Of a stretch of 64,000 nt of DNA, positions 40,717 to 52,200 are shown one piece after another. Made by a program: the position numbers and the translations under genes. The notes below the pieces were generated by a model that worked only from the letters and a program-made list of their open reading frames with translations, was not told where the DNA came from and searched no databases. Location of the stretch: the NCBI GenBank assembly GCA_965223265.1, contig OZ244999.1, positions 4,576,001 through 4,640,000 on the forward strand. Reading direction: 5' to 3'. The DNA is from Planctomycetota bacterium. GTDB lineage: Bacteria > Planctomycetota > UBA8108 > SXIK01. Within the stretch, counting starts at the first letter, position 1. Each line of letters starts with the position of its first letter.

Positions 40717-42021
40717 TCACTTCGCCGCCGGCAGCGCCCAGCGCACCGCCTCGATGTGCGTTTTGCCATCCTCGCCTCGGTAGCTGTAGACCGACACGAG
40801 CTTGCCACCGTCGACTTCGACCGTGCCGCCGAAGCCGCCGCCACTGGCGCCCACGTTCTGCGCGTCGATGACGAGACGGTCGTGCGTGAAGTCGAAGCTC
40901 TCGCCGTCCTCACTGACGATCGCGCGGAGGCCGAGCGCGTGCCCGTCCGTTGAGTTGCTGCGCACCGTGAACGTGAGAAGCACTCGACCATCGCTCAGCT
41001 GCAGAAAACGCGGATACATTTCACCATAGGCGCCGAACGTGCCGTGCTGGTTGTGCCGCCGCCACGTGCGCCCGGCGTCGTGGGATTCCCACAGCATCAT
41101 GCGGTCGCCCTGATCGCCGCTCTCCTTCTCGAGCTTCTTCGGCGTGTTACGAATGTGCCAGTGCGGTCCCGTCCGGTCGACGCGAACGACATGTAGTAAC
41201 TTACCTGTTCGCATCCGATGCGTAACAGATTGCGAGAAGAAACCATCGACGTCACTCCAGCCGCCCGTGTCGGGGCGGAGCGTCTTGTCCCACGTCGCAC
41301 CCCCATCTCGCGAGCGCCAGAGACGAACATTCGCCGGCGCGTCCGCACCGCCGTGCTGCATGCTGACGCCGAAGTACGTCACGTACTTTCCCAGGCGCTC
41401 TGGGTCGGGAAGCTCGAACGTCGTCCAGTCGGTCGCCGTTTGAGCATTCGGTGGAAAGCCCCCCGGGCCGACGCGAATCTCTGACCACGTCGCGCCGCGA
41501 TCCGTCGAACGAAACAGCTTACTGTGCGTGTACCCTGCTCCGTTCGCCTGGTCCTGCGCCAAGAGGTGACACGGCATGAGCAGCGTCCCATCGTGAAGGA
41601 CGTTGAGGGCGAACTCACGTCCACGCACGTCGCGACGCTCCTGACGTGCTCCCCAGGTCTTGCCGCCGTCGCGAGACCGCCAAAAGACGGCGCGCTCGTT
41701 GTAGCCACTTTCCCCTTCGAGCGCTCCGAAGCAGAAAGCGACGATGAAAAGCTGACCTCTGTTGAGTTTGGCGATCCAGGGTTTGTAATCATTCGGTATG
41801 CCGAGTGGCGTTCGCACCGCGTCCACGTCAGCACCAGAGAAGTTCTTCGGATGCAACACTTTGATGGGCTGATGCGACTTCGAGGGCATGCCGAGTGTCA
41901 GCGAAGGGAAGACCGCAAGCATAACCACGGCAACGCGACCCGCCACTCGTGCCGACGGAGGCTTATCGAAGGAGAGACTGCGCATAAATCGCCTCGTACT
42001 CGCTCTTCCGATGTCTTGCAC
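40717..42021 (-). CDS. Sialidase-family/BNR Asp-box repeat protein, exported
   Basis: SRDGGKTW, STDRGATW, SRDGGATW, SHDAGRTW; hydrophobic N-terminal segment. Confidence 0.8.
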   Translation of the reverse strand: MQDIGRASTRRFMRSLSFDKPPSARVAGRVAVVMLAVFPSLTLGMPSKSHQPIKVLHPKNFSGADVDAVRTPLGIPNDYKPWIAKLNRGQLFIVAFCFGALEGESGYNERAVFWRSRDGGKTWGARQERRDVRGREFALNVLHDGTLLMPCHLLAQDQANGAGYTHSKLFRSTDRGATWSEIRVGPGGFPPNAQTATDWTTFELPDPERLGKYVTYFGVSMQHGGADAPANVRLWRSRDGGATWDKTLRPDTGGWSDVDGFFSQSVTHRMRTGKLLHVVRVDRTGPHWHIRNTPKKLEKESGDQGDRMMLWESHDAGRTWRRHNQHGTFGAYGEMYPRFLQLSDGRVLLTFTVRSNSTDGHALGLRAIVSEDGESFDFTHDRLVIDAQNVGASGGGFGGTVEVDGGKLVSVYSYRGEDGKTHIEAVRWALPAAK

Positions 42022-42325
42022 GAAACCACGCTGTGAGCTTACCGCCTCCTATGGTTCATAGGAAAGCCGATCGTCAGAGCGATCTTACCGAGCCTTGGGG
42101 CGCTCCACGCTTCTCGGCACCAATCAGCCGAGAGACGGTCCCGTAATGCGATGGGATCGCACGTCCGCAACTCGAGACTCGATCGGCTGAAGACCCGTCG
42201 GCGCGCTACCGACACATCAGTGTCGGGCAACCACAGGCGCAGAAATCATCTTTGAGTGCCGCCGGTTCTCATCACCCCGCGCAGCGTAAGGAACTTCCTC
42301 GTCTCACTTTCTAGCGGATAGATTC

Positions 42326-42862
42326 ATGAACTCTCGAAACATTTCGCTCGCAGGTCTCACACTGGCTGGGGCTCTTCTCTCCTCCGGTTGTGGCGCCGAC
42401 GAAGAAGCGCCGCTAACCGACGGCCTGCACCTAAAATACCGCTGGAGCGTGGTCGGCAGTGTGGTGTCCGTCGACATCAGAGTGAACAAGGTCGACGAAG
42501 ATCACTTTCTCCTCAACATCGAAGCCGAAAAAGATGGAGAGGCAGAACAGACCGCCTTGCAAGTAGATCGTTTCTTCAAAACGGAGAAGGGCGAACTGGC
42601 TTCGTTCGCCGGTCAACCGCTCTGGTTGCCAGCTTCGCGGCGCAAGAAGGGAGTCGCCGTCGTGGCTGACGGCTCGATCACAATGCGCAAGGAAAGAGCT
42701 TGGGATCGCTGGAACGTCTGGGCCGCTGGTGGCGGCGCAGTGCTCGGCACGGTCGAATGGTACTACGAGAGAGACACTGGGTTCTTGGTCGGGTCACGAG
42801 CGGAAAGCATGGGGTCGGGGATGCATCTAAAACTCATGGAAACGAACGCTCCGGGGCTATAG
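42326..42862 (+). CDS. Hypothetical lipoprotein
   Basis: Signal peptide with lipobox-like LSSGC. Confidence 0.7.
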   Translation: MNSRNISLAGLTLAGALLSSGCGADEEAPLTDGLHLKYRWSVVGSVVSVDIRVNKVDEDHFLLNIEAEKDGEAEQTALQVDRFFKTEKGELASFAGQPLWLPASRRKKGVAVVADGSITMRKERAWDRWNVWAAGGGAVLGTVEWYYERDTGFLVGSRAESMGSGMHLKLMETNAPGL

Positions 42863-42888
42863 TCGAAAAACGTTCGTCGCTGAGCTCT

Positions 42889-43683
42889 TCAGGAAGCTGC
42901 GTCACGCGTCGCGTCGTGCACTCGTTTGGACTTGGGCTTCTGTGCGACAACGATCAATCGCGGCGCTTCGCGCCCATATGGCTGCCCGCCCCAGCTGCCC
43001 AAGAGCTTTAGAACGCACAGGCCCGCCCGCTCGATCCATGCGACCAGTTCATGCGATGCAAAGAGACGCAACCGGTTGGTGATCGTGTGGCGATGACCGT
43101 CCGGGTAGACGATCTCGTGATCGACTTCGTTCATTCCGGTGCGCCAATCGATGCGGCAAGTTTCAAGCTCGAGGGTGCCGTCGTCGGCTCGGTTCCAGCC
43201 ATGCGTTCGCCAGTGCTGCATGAGCCACGCGTAGTTCACCACGTCGATCAAAAACCGTCCGCCGCCCTTGAGCGCCTTGGCGACGCCGTCCAAAACGCGC
43301 TGGTTCTCAGAGTCATCCTCAAAGTAACCGAAGGCAGTGAACACATTGATGACCGCGTCGAACTCGCCCGTCCAATCGATCTCGCGCATGTCGCGTTCGA
43401 CGAATTCTGGGCTGACGCCTGCCGCACTCGCAGAACGCTTTGCTGCAGCCAAAAGAGCACCACTCAGGTCCTGACCCACTACGTGCATTCCCCTCTGCGC
43501 GAGCGGCACAACGTGGCGCCCCTGGCCGCAGCAGAGGTCGAGCAAACGCATGCCGGAAGTCAGCTCGAGCTCGCGGACGATGAAGTCGACCTGGCGCTCC
43601 GTCGCCGCGGCTGAAAATCGAGGCGCGTAGAGTTTCAGATAGGTTTTACCGAAAAACTCTTGGTACCAGTGCTGCTCGGTCAT
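42889..43683 (-). CDS. Class I SAM-dependent methyltransferase
   Basis: LLDLCCGQGRH, DMRE, FDAVINVFTAFGYF, LKGGGRFLID; AGGAG RBS before ATG 43683. Confidence 0.9.
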   Translation of the reverse strand: MTEQHWYQEFFGKTYLKLYAPRFSAAATERQVDFIVRELELTSGMRLLDLCCGQGRHVVPLAQRGMHVVGQDLSGALLAAAKRSASAAGVSPEFVERDMREIDWTGEFDAVINVFTAFGYFEDDSENQRVLDGVAKALKGGGRFLIDVVNYAWLMQHWRTHGWNRADDGTLELETCRIDWRTGMNEVDHEIVYPDGHRHTITNRLRLFASHELVAWIERAGLCVLKLLGSWGGQPYGREAPRLIVVAQKPKSKRVHDATRDAAS

Positions 43684-43813
43684 GAATCTTCCATCTCCTG
43701 CCGGGTCGCCGCCCCCTCTCCCCCGCCTCGTCTCACCTTTGCGAGATTGTAGTGACAAGGGCAGCTGTCGCGACAGGATCAGAGGCACACACCGAGGCAC
43801 GAACCAGTGCAGC

Positions 43814-46800
43814 TCACTCGCACACCTCGTAGTACTGACACGAGAGCGCATCAGCGCTCGAGTCGACGCCGCAGAGCTGCGGTGGCTCGGGCGCCGCGCC
43901 GCCCACGAAAAGGTGCAGGAGCAGCTTCACCGCGTCGCTCACCGTCACGCGTCCGTCGTCGTCGACGTCCGCCGCCCTCACGCAGGTCGGTGCCGCGCCG
44001 CGGCGAAACAGGTAGTTGAGCAGCGTCAGCGCGTCGCCAAGTGCCAGAGTGCCGTCGGCCTCCACGTCGCCGCGCTGAAACAGCGCCTCCGAGCGCTCTC
44101 CCTTCTCGTAGAACGTCGCCGCTTCCTCGGCGATCAGCGCGTAGCTCCCATCGAGGTAGCGCACCTGCGCCACCTCCTCGGCCTCTCCGGGAAGCACCGG
44201 ATCCGGAGCCTCCACCTCCACCACTCGCACCGCGCGAGCAAGACCCGCGACCGAAAGCGCCGGGTCCAGAACCACCCAGTAGCGAACGTCCACGTTGTGG
44301 CGACCCGCCGAGTAGACCAGTTGCCAGTAGTCGCTCACCACAACCGACTCGCCGCCGCCAAACACCACCGAAGCACGCTGAAGACTCGCAGGGCCCGTCG
44401 ATTGGCGATTCTCCGACGGCAAAAATCGCTCCACTAAATCGATCCGTGCACCGCTCGACGTCTCCAACGAAAGCTCCCAGCGCGGCAAGAGCCCATCGCT
44501 ACACGACGAGTAACTCACCAGAGGCTCACCCGCCAAGCTCCCCGTCGACACCAGCGAAAACCTCAAAAACTCCTCGTCCACCAAAAACCGCTCCTCCAGC
44601 GCGCGCGAGCCCGCACCGCGAAGCTCCACTCCCAAAAGCTGCACCACGTAGCTCTCGCCACCCAGCAGCGTGAACTCCTGCTCGTAGCTGAAGCGATACA
44701 GCGTCACTCCACCCCCCTCCGCTACCCGCGCCACGCGGTAAAGACCCGCCGCCACAGCCTGAGCCTCCTCCTGCTCAGGGCCAAAGCGAACACTCTCGAT
44801 CAGCTCACCTGAAAAACTCTCCGAGCTCGTCACAAGCTCGTGCACTCCGGCGCGCAGACGCACCTCGCTCTTCAGCTCGTACTCCACCTGGGGATCGCGG
44901 CCAGTGCGGTCCGCCGAAAACACCCCGCACAAAACCGTCCCCTCGGGAACCAAAAGCTCAAAAGCCGGTGACGGCACAACCGTCTCCGGAATCAAAAACG
45001 GACGCACCTGCTTCACCGCTAATGAGCCGTCCGCCTCCACCTTGAACTCAAAGTCCAAAAGCACCTGCTCGCGAGGATAACCTTCAAGATCCAAAGGAAA
45101 GTTCGTATCCACATGCCACATCAGAGAACCCAGATCTCCCAGCTGCTCCTCCGTCAGAACCACCTCCCCCGCACCAACCAGAGATGAGCTCCGGTCGCGA
45201 ACGATCCGCACTACCTCACCTTCAACCACCTCCAAAAAATTCCGCTCCACGCTCACACCCGCCGCTGGACTCACTACGCTCTCCTCGCCAACCTGAGCGG
45301 TGATCATGTAGCGCCGATCTCGAACGTTCTGAGGGTTACCGGTGAACGCAACTCCGTTCGCTGCCTCATCGAGGAAGGCCCGGTTCACCAGCAAACCCAT
45401 CGTCGCTGCCTCTGGAGGAATCTGGAAAAACGTCCGCTCCTCATGCGCTCGGAACGTCCAAAGGCTCGACCACACCTTCTTCAGAGCGCGCTCGATCGTC
45501 CGCTCGTTGTCGCGCGTCGCGTCGCAGTGAGAGCTGTCAGGGCTCGCAGGGTCCAGCGTGTCCGCGGCGCACGCAGACGTCGACTCGTAAAGGCCCGCAC
45601 CGTTGAACTCCAGCGCGTCCTCGACATTCGACGACGAGCGAAAGCGAACCATCAGAGCGCGAGAGCCGAAAACCTCTTCGATCCGCCCTACAAGCCCCGC
45701 CACCAGCGCTGGCGACACCTCGCCACGATCTCGCACAAAGTCGCGAAATTCATCCAGCACCCTGAAGCGCACAGATGAATCGCTCTTGAACTCCTCACTC
45801 GATAGCAGCTCCGTCAGATACTCCTGGTAGCTCAGGTCGCGTCCCTCGATCGCGACGCGGTTCGACTCCATGAACTCCACGTAGTAGCGCATCGGGATGC
45901 CAAAACCAGCCTCTTGAAACTCAGCGTACTCCCCAGTCAAAACTCGCTGCAGCCGCGCAAGGTTCGTCGCCTTGCCGCCGAAGCGAGACACCGGGTTCAC
46001 AACGCCCTCCAGATCCATATCCAAGAGGTGATCAAAGCCGCCGTACTCCCGATCGGTCCCAGCAAGGCGCGGCAGCGAAGGCTGGTTCTCCCGCCAAAAC
46101 TCCTCAGCCTCAGACACACTCGCTGGCTCCACTAAGTACGTCACCTCACCCACCTCAAGGCGCACCAGCTCGCCCGCAAAGCGGGAAAACTCCTCCACTG
46201 CTCCCAATACAAACGCGTTCGGGGTCCCGCGCCGTGCCGTCCGCACCGCCACGTGACTCAGTGGCCCTTGAATGCTTCCCGTCACGAAACCACCGATCAC
46301 ACCCTCTACGTCCTGCGGCGCCGTCTCCACAACCACTATGTCTTGAAACGTGAACAGACCCTGAGAGTTCGCGCTCTCGAACTCCTCCAGCGTGAACACG
46401 CGCACCCGCCCGTAACCCACTCCAAGCGTGTAAGCCTCGTACTCCAGCTCCGGGGTAGGCTCCGTCAAAATCGGAAACGCAGGATCACTCCAGCTCGAAG
46501 CAGCCTCCTTCGCAAGCTGCGTGTCCGGCTCGTAGCCTAAAAGCTCTAAATCAAACGCCCCCTTCAGCTCCAGGTACACGCTCTCAACCTCAGACTCGCT
46601 CAAAACCTCAGAGGCGTCAGAGCCTGTGTCCGCAAACACCGTGAAAGCGTACTCGATTCCACCCGAGCCTCGCCGCCGAGCGATCGAGCCCACGTAGTAG
46701 TCGCGCGTTGCGCGGCGCCCTACCAGCTGGTCGTACTCCTCCCCTTGAGGGCGCGTCGGAAACTGATCCGGAAACGCTCCAGCCAGAAAATCCTCGTGAA

Positions 46801-49273
46801 GGCTGAAACGACGAACGTTCTGAAACACCGCTGGGATCAAGCTCCCGTCGTCACCACGCGCCGGCACCACGTACTTCGTGAAGCGACCAAGGCTCGACGG
46901 AACCGAAATGCTGAAAAAGTCCCCTTCCGTGCAGACCTGTTCAAGAAAGTCGCCGCCGAGTCGCGGTGCTTGATTCAAAAGCACCGTGAGGTCACGTGAA
47001 TTACGGTTGGCGCTGACGAGATCGAGATCGCCGTCGCGATCGAGATCGCCTGCGACGCCGAAGCGCGGCTGCGAGCCAACCGGCTGGACCACGGGCAGGG
47101 TGAATGATCGATCACCGTTGCTAAAGAACGTCGCGAGCGTGTTGGTCGATGGGCTGGATGCAATCACATCGAGAATCCCGTCACCGTCGACGTCACCTGC
47201 AATCAAGGAATGCGGTTGCCGTTCGACCGTCAGGTTGGTGACGGCGGAGAAATCGGCTGTGCCATCGTTCCATAGCACTGCGGCACTACCTCTCGACTCA
47301 CTCGCTGTCACTACGTCGACTGCCCCGTCGGCATCGAAGTCACCAGCGATGATAAAGTTCGGTGCATCCGCCACCGGAAAGGCTGTTGTGTCGCCGAATC
47401 CCGCAGCCCCATCGCCACGAAGAATCGCCACGTCCCTCGAGCCTGAGTTGGCCACCGCCAGGTCGACGTTTCCATCGGCGTCGAAATCGACGGCAACAAG
47501 AGCCGCCGGCTGCGTTCCTGCCACAGGCGATGCACCAGCGGCAAACGTACCGTCGCCCTGATTGATCAACACCGAGACCGTTCCCGCCGATTGATTCGAC
47601 GTAACGAGCTCGGGGAAACGATCGCCCGTAAGCTCGGCCGCCGTCACATGCGATGGCGTATCTCCGACTGGGTACTCAACGCTCGTCTCGAAAACACCGT
47701 CGCCTCGGTTGGGAAAGACGTAGAGCGTGTTCGGAAAAATACCGTCGGTCGCCGCGAGGTCGAGGTCACCATCATCATCGACGTCTGCAAGCTCGACGCG
47801 CAGAGGGTTTTCCGCGATCACGTACTCGACAGCGTCGAAAAACGATCCGTCGCCACGATTGACGAAGGCTGAAAGAGCAACGGCGTTGTCGTTGTTCCCC
47901 GTAACAATGTCGAGATGCCCGTCACCGTTGATGTCACCAATGTCCACGGTGTGCGGCTCACTTGCGGCATCGAACGTAGCTGACAAAAACGGAATAGTCC
48001 TCGTCTCACCTTCCGTGTTCCAAACGATGGAGACGTTGTTAGTGCGGACGACGAGGAGAGCGACGTCTACGTCACCGTCACCGTCGAAATCATCAGCCCA
48101 CGATGTCGTCGACGGGAACAGATTCCCGTGGTCTTCGACCGCCGCGCGAAAGTCGCTCGAGCGGTGACTCCTGAGAACTGCGACTTTACCAACGTCGCGA
48201 AATCCGGCCACGAGGTCGAGCTGGCCGTCGCCTTCGATGTCAGCTGCACCAAGCGACGTGACTGAACCTGATAGCGTAAATGTGACCGGCGCAGCGAAGG
48301 TCCCATCCCCACGGTTGACGAGGATCGCGCTGGCACCTGATCCGGCAACCGCCAAGTCGACGTGAGCATCGCCGTTGAGGTTGCCCGCCACGACCGCGAA
48401 CGGCACCCCGGCTCCGGCCGGATAGTCCACGTGCTGCTCGAAGTCTGAGTCAGCTCGGCTTGCGAGTATAGAGACGACGTCCGTCTTGCTAGCCACCGCG
48501 ACGTCGACGATCCCATCATCGTTGAAATCCGCGGCGGCCACGGCGCTCGGCTGCGCAGAAACGGAGAACGGCTTTGGAGCCTCGAACGTGCCGTCACCGC
48601 GGTTCGTTAGGAGTGCGACTTGGCTCTCCGTCTCGATGGTGACGACCAGGTCGTCGCTACCGTCGCCCGTGAAGTCAGCCGCCGCAATTCGTAGCGCCGA
48701 AGGCGCAACGTCATATCCTACCGGAGGCATAAACCCTACGCCCCCCGAGTTCAAAAGCACCTGAATCGAGTCGTCGCTGGCCGTGGCGAGATCTGGACGG
48801 CCATCGCGGTCTAGGTCCGCAACAGTGAAATCCGCCAGCTTTTCACCGGCATCGAAATCGGTCGCCTCAGAAAACCGTCGATCGCCTTCGTTGATCAAAA
48901 GCGACACCGTTGACGATTGGTTCAGCGCCTGGCTTGCCGAGACGAGGTCTCGATCACCATCGCCGTCAAAATCGACGCTGCGAACGACACGCGGGAATCG
49001 TGCCACCGCAAGCGTTGTCGCCTCGACATCAAAGGTCACAGGACTCGCTTCGCACTCATCCGGTATGCCGTTGTTGTTGCAATCGTCGCTCGCGTTATTC
49101 GCGATGTCATCCAAGTCATCGGCGCTGTTACCATTACAGTCGACACCATAGGCATGCGCCGGCGCAAAGGAGAACACGATGGCCGCGCCGAGAAGGATCG
49201 ACGTCTTCGCAAGACGGCTTCTCCACGGGTCTCTTGCGTTTGGTAGATCCGTCTTGCTGCAGCTCACTCGCAC
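43814..49273 (-). CDS. Secreted FG-GAP / phospho-His / PPDK-type ATP-binding / dockerin-like protein, copy 1
   Basis: Signal peptide, DCNGN..DCN.NGIPDECE, many D.DGDG..D repeats, LSHVAVR, GGKATNL, RSSSNVED..GAGLYES, DFEFK..KQVRP, RGDV..DG and ADVDDDG; start possibly GTG 49267. Confidence 0.85.
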   Translation of the reverse strand: MRVSCSKTDLPNARDPWRSRLAKTSILLGAAIVFSFAPAHAYGVDCNGNSADDLDDIANNASDDCNNNGIPDECEASPVTFDVEATTLAVARFPRVVRSVDFDGDGDRDLVSASQALNQSSTVSLLINEGDRRFSEATDFDAGEKLADFTVADLDRDGRPDLATASDDSIQVLLNSGGVGFMPPVGYDVAPSALRIAAADFTGDGSDDLVVTIETESQVALLTNRGDGTFEAPKPFSVSAQPSAVAAADFNDDGIVDVAVASKTDVVSILASRADSDFEQHVDYPAGAGVPFAVVAGNLNGDAHVDLAVAGSGASAILVNRGDGTFAAPVTFTLSGSVTSLGAADIEGDGQLDLVAGFRDVGKVAVLRSHRSSDFRAAVEDHGNLFPSTTSWADDFDGDGDVDVALLVVRTNNVSIVWNTEGETRTIPFLSATFDAASEPHTVDIGDINGDGHLDIVTGNNDNAVALSAFVNRGDGSFFDAVEYVIAENPLRVELADVDDDGDLDLAATDGIFPNTLYVFPNRGDGVFETSVEYPVGDTPSHVTAAELTGDRFPELVTSNQSAGTVSVLINQGDGTFAAGASPVAGTQPAALVAVDFDADGNVDLAVANSGSRDVAILRGDGAAGFGDTTAFPVADAPNFIIAGDFDADGAVDVVTASESRGSAAVLWNDGTADFSAVTNLTVERQPHSLIAGDVDGDGILDVIASSPSTNTLATFFSNGDRSFTLPVVQPVGSQPRFGVAGDLDRDGDLDLVSANRNSRDLTVLLNQAPRLGGDFLEQVCTEGDFFSISVPSSLGRFTKYVVPARGDDGSLIPAVFQNVRRFSLHEDFLAGAFPDQFPTRPQGEEYDQLVGRRATRDYYVGSIARRRGSGGIEYAFTVFADTGSDASEVLSESEVESVYLELKGAFDLELLGYEPDTQLAKEAASSWSDPAFPILTEPTPELEYEAYTLGVGYGRVRVFTLEEFESANSQGLFTFQDIVVVETAPQDVEGVIGGFVTGSIQGPLSHVAVRTARRGTPNAFVLGAVEEFSRFAGELVRLEVGEVTYLVEPASVSEAEEFWRENQPSLPRLAGTDREYGGFDHLLDMDLEGVVNPVSRFGGKATNLARLQRVLTGEYAEFQEAGFGIPMRYYVEFMESNRVAIEGRDLSYQEYLTELLSSEEFKSDSSVRFRVLDEFRDFVRDRGEVSPALVAGLVGRIEEVFGSRALMVRFRSSSNVEDALEFNGAGLYESTSACAADTLDPASPDSSHCDATRDNERTIERALKKVWSSLWTFRAHEERTFFQIPPEAATMGLLVNRAFLDEAANGVAFTGNPQNVRDRRYMITAQVGEESVVSPAAGVSVERNFLEVVEGEVVRIVRDRSSSLVGAGEVVLTEEQLGDLGSLMWHVDTNFPLDLEGYPREQVLLDFEFKVEADGSLAVKQVRPFLIPETVVPSPAFELLVPEGTVLCGVFSADRTGRDPQVEYELKSEVRLRAGVHELVTSSESFSGELIESVRFGPEQEEAQAVAAGLYRVARVAEGGGVTLYRFSYEQEFTLLGGESYVVQLLGVELRGAGSRALEERFLVDEEFLRFSLVSTGSLAGEPLVSYSSCSDGLLPRWELSLETSSGARIDLVERFLPSENRQSTGPASLQRASVVFGGGESVVVSDYWQLVYSAGRHNVDVRYWVVLDPALSVAGLARAVRVVEVEAPDPVLPGEAEEVAQVRYLDGSYALIAEEAATFYEKGERSEALFQRGDVEADGTLALGDALTLLNYLFRRGAAPTCVRAADVDDDGRVTVSDAVKLLLHLFVGGAAPEPPQLCGVDSSADALSCQYYEVCE

Positions 49274-52200
49274 ACCTCATAGTACTGACACGAGAGCGCA
49301 TCAGCGCTCGAGTCGACGCCGCAGCTCTGCGGCGGCTCGGGCGCCGCGCCGCCCACGAAAAGGTGCAGGAGCAGCTTCACCGCGTCGCTCACCGTCACAC
49401 GTCCGTCGTCGTCGACGTCCGCCGCCCTCGCGCAGCTCGGAGCTGCGCCGCGGCGAAAGAGGTAATTCAACAGCGTCAGCGCATCGCCAAGCGCCAGAGT
49501 GCCGTCGGCCTCCACGTCGCCGCGCTGAAACAGCGACTCCGAGCGCTCTCCCTTCTCGTAGAACGTCGCCGCTTCCTCGGCGATCAGCGCGTAGCTCCCA
49601 TCGAGGTAGCGCACCTGCGCCACCTCCGGAGCTTCTCCGGGAAGCACCGGATCGGGAGCCTCCACCTCCACCACTCGCACAGCGCGATCAAGACCCGCTA
49701 CTGAGATCTCTGGATCCAAAACCACCCAGTAGCGAACGTCCACGTTGTGGCGACCCGCCGAGTACACCAGCTGCCAGTAGTCGCTCACCACAACCGACTC
49801 GCCGCCGCCAAACACCACCGAAGCACGCTGAAGACTCGCAGGGCCCGTCGATTGGCGATTCTCAGACGGCAAAAATCGCTCCACTAAATCGATCCGTGCA
49901 CCGCTCGACGTCTCCAACGAAAGCTCCCAGCGCGGCAAGAGCCCATCGCTACACGACGAGTAACTCACCAGAGGCTCACCCGCCAAGCTCCCCGTCGACA
50001 CCAGCGAAAACCTCAAAAACTCCTCGTCCACCAAAAACCGCTCCTCCAGCGCGCGCGAGCCCGCACCGCGAAGCTCCACTCCCAAAAGCTGCACCACGTA
50101 GCTCTCGCCACCCAGCAGCGTGAACTCCTGCTCGTAGCTGAAGCGATACAGCGTCACTCCACCCCCCTCCGCTACCCGCGCCACGCGGTAAAGACCCGCC
50201 GCCACAGCCTGAGCCTCCTCCTGCTCAGGGCCAAAGCGAACACTCTCGATCAGCTCACCTGAAAAACTCTCCGAGCTCGTCACAAGCTCGTGCACTCCGG
50301 CGCGCAGACGCACCTCGCTCTTCAGCTCGTACTCCACCTGGGGATCGCGGCCAGTGCGGTCCGCCGAAAACACACCGCACAAAACCGTCCCCTCGGGAAC
50401 CAAAAGCTCAAACGCCGGTGACGGCACAACCGTCTCCGGAATCAAAAACGGACGCACCTGCTTCACCGCCAGCGAGCCGTCCGGCTCCACCTTGAACTCA
50501 AAGTCCAAAAGCACCTGCTCGCGAGGATAGCCTTCAAGATCCAGAGGAAAGTTCGTATCCACATGCCACATCAGAGAACCCAGATCACCCAGCTGCTCCT
50601 CCGTCAGAACCACCTCCCCCGCACCAACCAGAGATGAGCTCCGGTCGCGAACGATCCGCACCACCTCGCCTTCAACCACCTCCAAAAAGTTCCGCTCCAC
50701 GCTCACACCCGCCGCTGGACTCACTACGCTCTCCTCGCCAACCTGCGCCGTGATCATGTAGCGACGATCTCGAACGTTCTGAGGGTTACCGGTGAACGCA
50801 ACTCCGTTCGCTGCCTCATCGAGGAAGGCCCGGTTCACCAGCAGACCCATCGTCGCTGCCTCTGGAGGAATCTGGAAAAACGTCCGCTCCTCGTGCGCGC
50901 GGAACGTCCAAAGGCTCGACCACACCTTCTTCAGCGCCCGCTCGATCGTCCGCTCGTTGTCGCGCGTCGCGTCGCAGTGCGAGCTGTCAGGGCTCGCAGG
51001 GTCCACTGTGTCCGCGGCGCACGCAGACGTCGACTCGTAAAGGCCCGCACCGTTGAACTCCAGGGCGTCCTCGACATTCGACGACGAGCGAAAGCGAACC
51101 ATCAGCTCCCGCGAGCCGAAAACCTCTTCGATCCGCGCTACAAGCGACGCCACCAGCGCTGGCGACACCTCGCCGCGGTCTCGCACAAAGTCGCGAAATT
51201 CATCCAGCACCCTGAAGCGCACTGATGAGTCGCTCTTGAACTCCTCACTCGATAGCAGCTCCGTCAGATACTCCTGGTAGCTCAGGTCGCGTCCCTCGAT
51301 CTCGACGCGGTTCGACTCCATGAACTCCACGTAGTAGCGCATCGGGATGCCAAAGCCAGCCTCTTGAAACTCAGCGTACTCTCCAGTCAAAACTCGCTGC
51401 AGCCGCGCAAGGTTCGTCGCCTTGCCGCCGAAGCGAGACACCGGGTTCACTACGCCCTCCAGATCCATATCCAACAGGTGATCAAAGCCGCCGTACTCTC
51501 GATCGGTCCCAGCAAGGCGCGGCAGCGAAGGCTGGTTCTCTCGCCAAAATTCCTCCGCCTCAGATACACTCGCTGGCTCCACCAAATACGTCACCTCACC
51601 CACCTCAAGGCGCACCAGCTCGCCCTCAAAGCGGGAAAACTCCTCCACCGCTCCCAGTACAAACGCGTTCGGGGTCCCGCGCCGCGCCGTCCGCACCGCC
51701 ACGTGACTCAGTGGCCCTTGAATGCTACCCGTCACGAAACCACCGATCACACCCTCTACGTCCTGCGGCGCCGTCTCCACAACCACTATGTCTTGAAACG
51801 TAAAGAGACCCTGAGAGTTCGCGCTCTCGAACTCCTCCAGCGTGAACACGCGCACCCGCCCGTAACCCACTCCAAGCGTGTAAGCCTCGTACTCCAGCTC
51901 CGGGGTAGGCTCCGTCAAAATCGGAAACGCTGGATCACTCCAGCTCGAAGCAGCCTCCTTCGCAAGCTGCGTGTCCGGCTCGTAGCCTAAAAGATCTAAA
52001 TCAAACGCCCCCTTCAGCTCCAGGTACACGCTCTCAACCTCAGACTCACTCAAAACCTCAGAGGCGTCAGAGCCTGTGTCCGCAAACACCGTGAAAGCGT
52101 ACTCGATTCCACCCGAGCCTCGCCGCCGAGCGATCGAGCCCACGTAGTAGTCGCGCGTTGCGCGGCGCCCTACCAGCTGGTCGTACTCCTCCCCTTGAGG

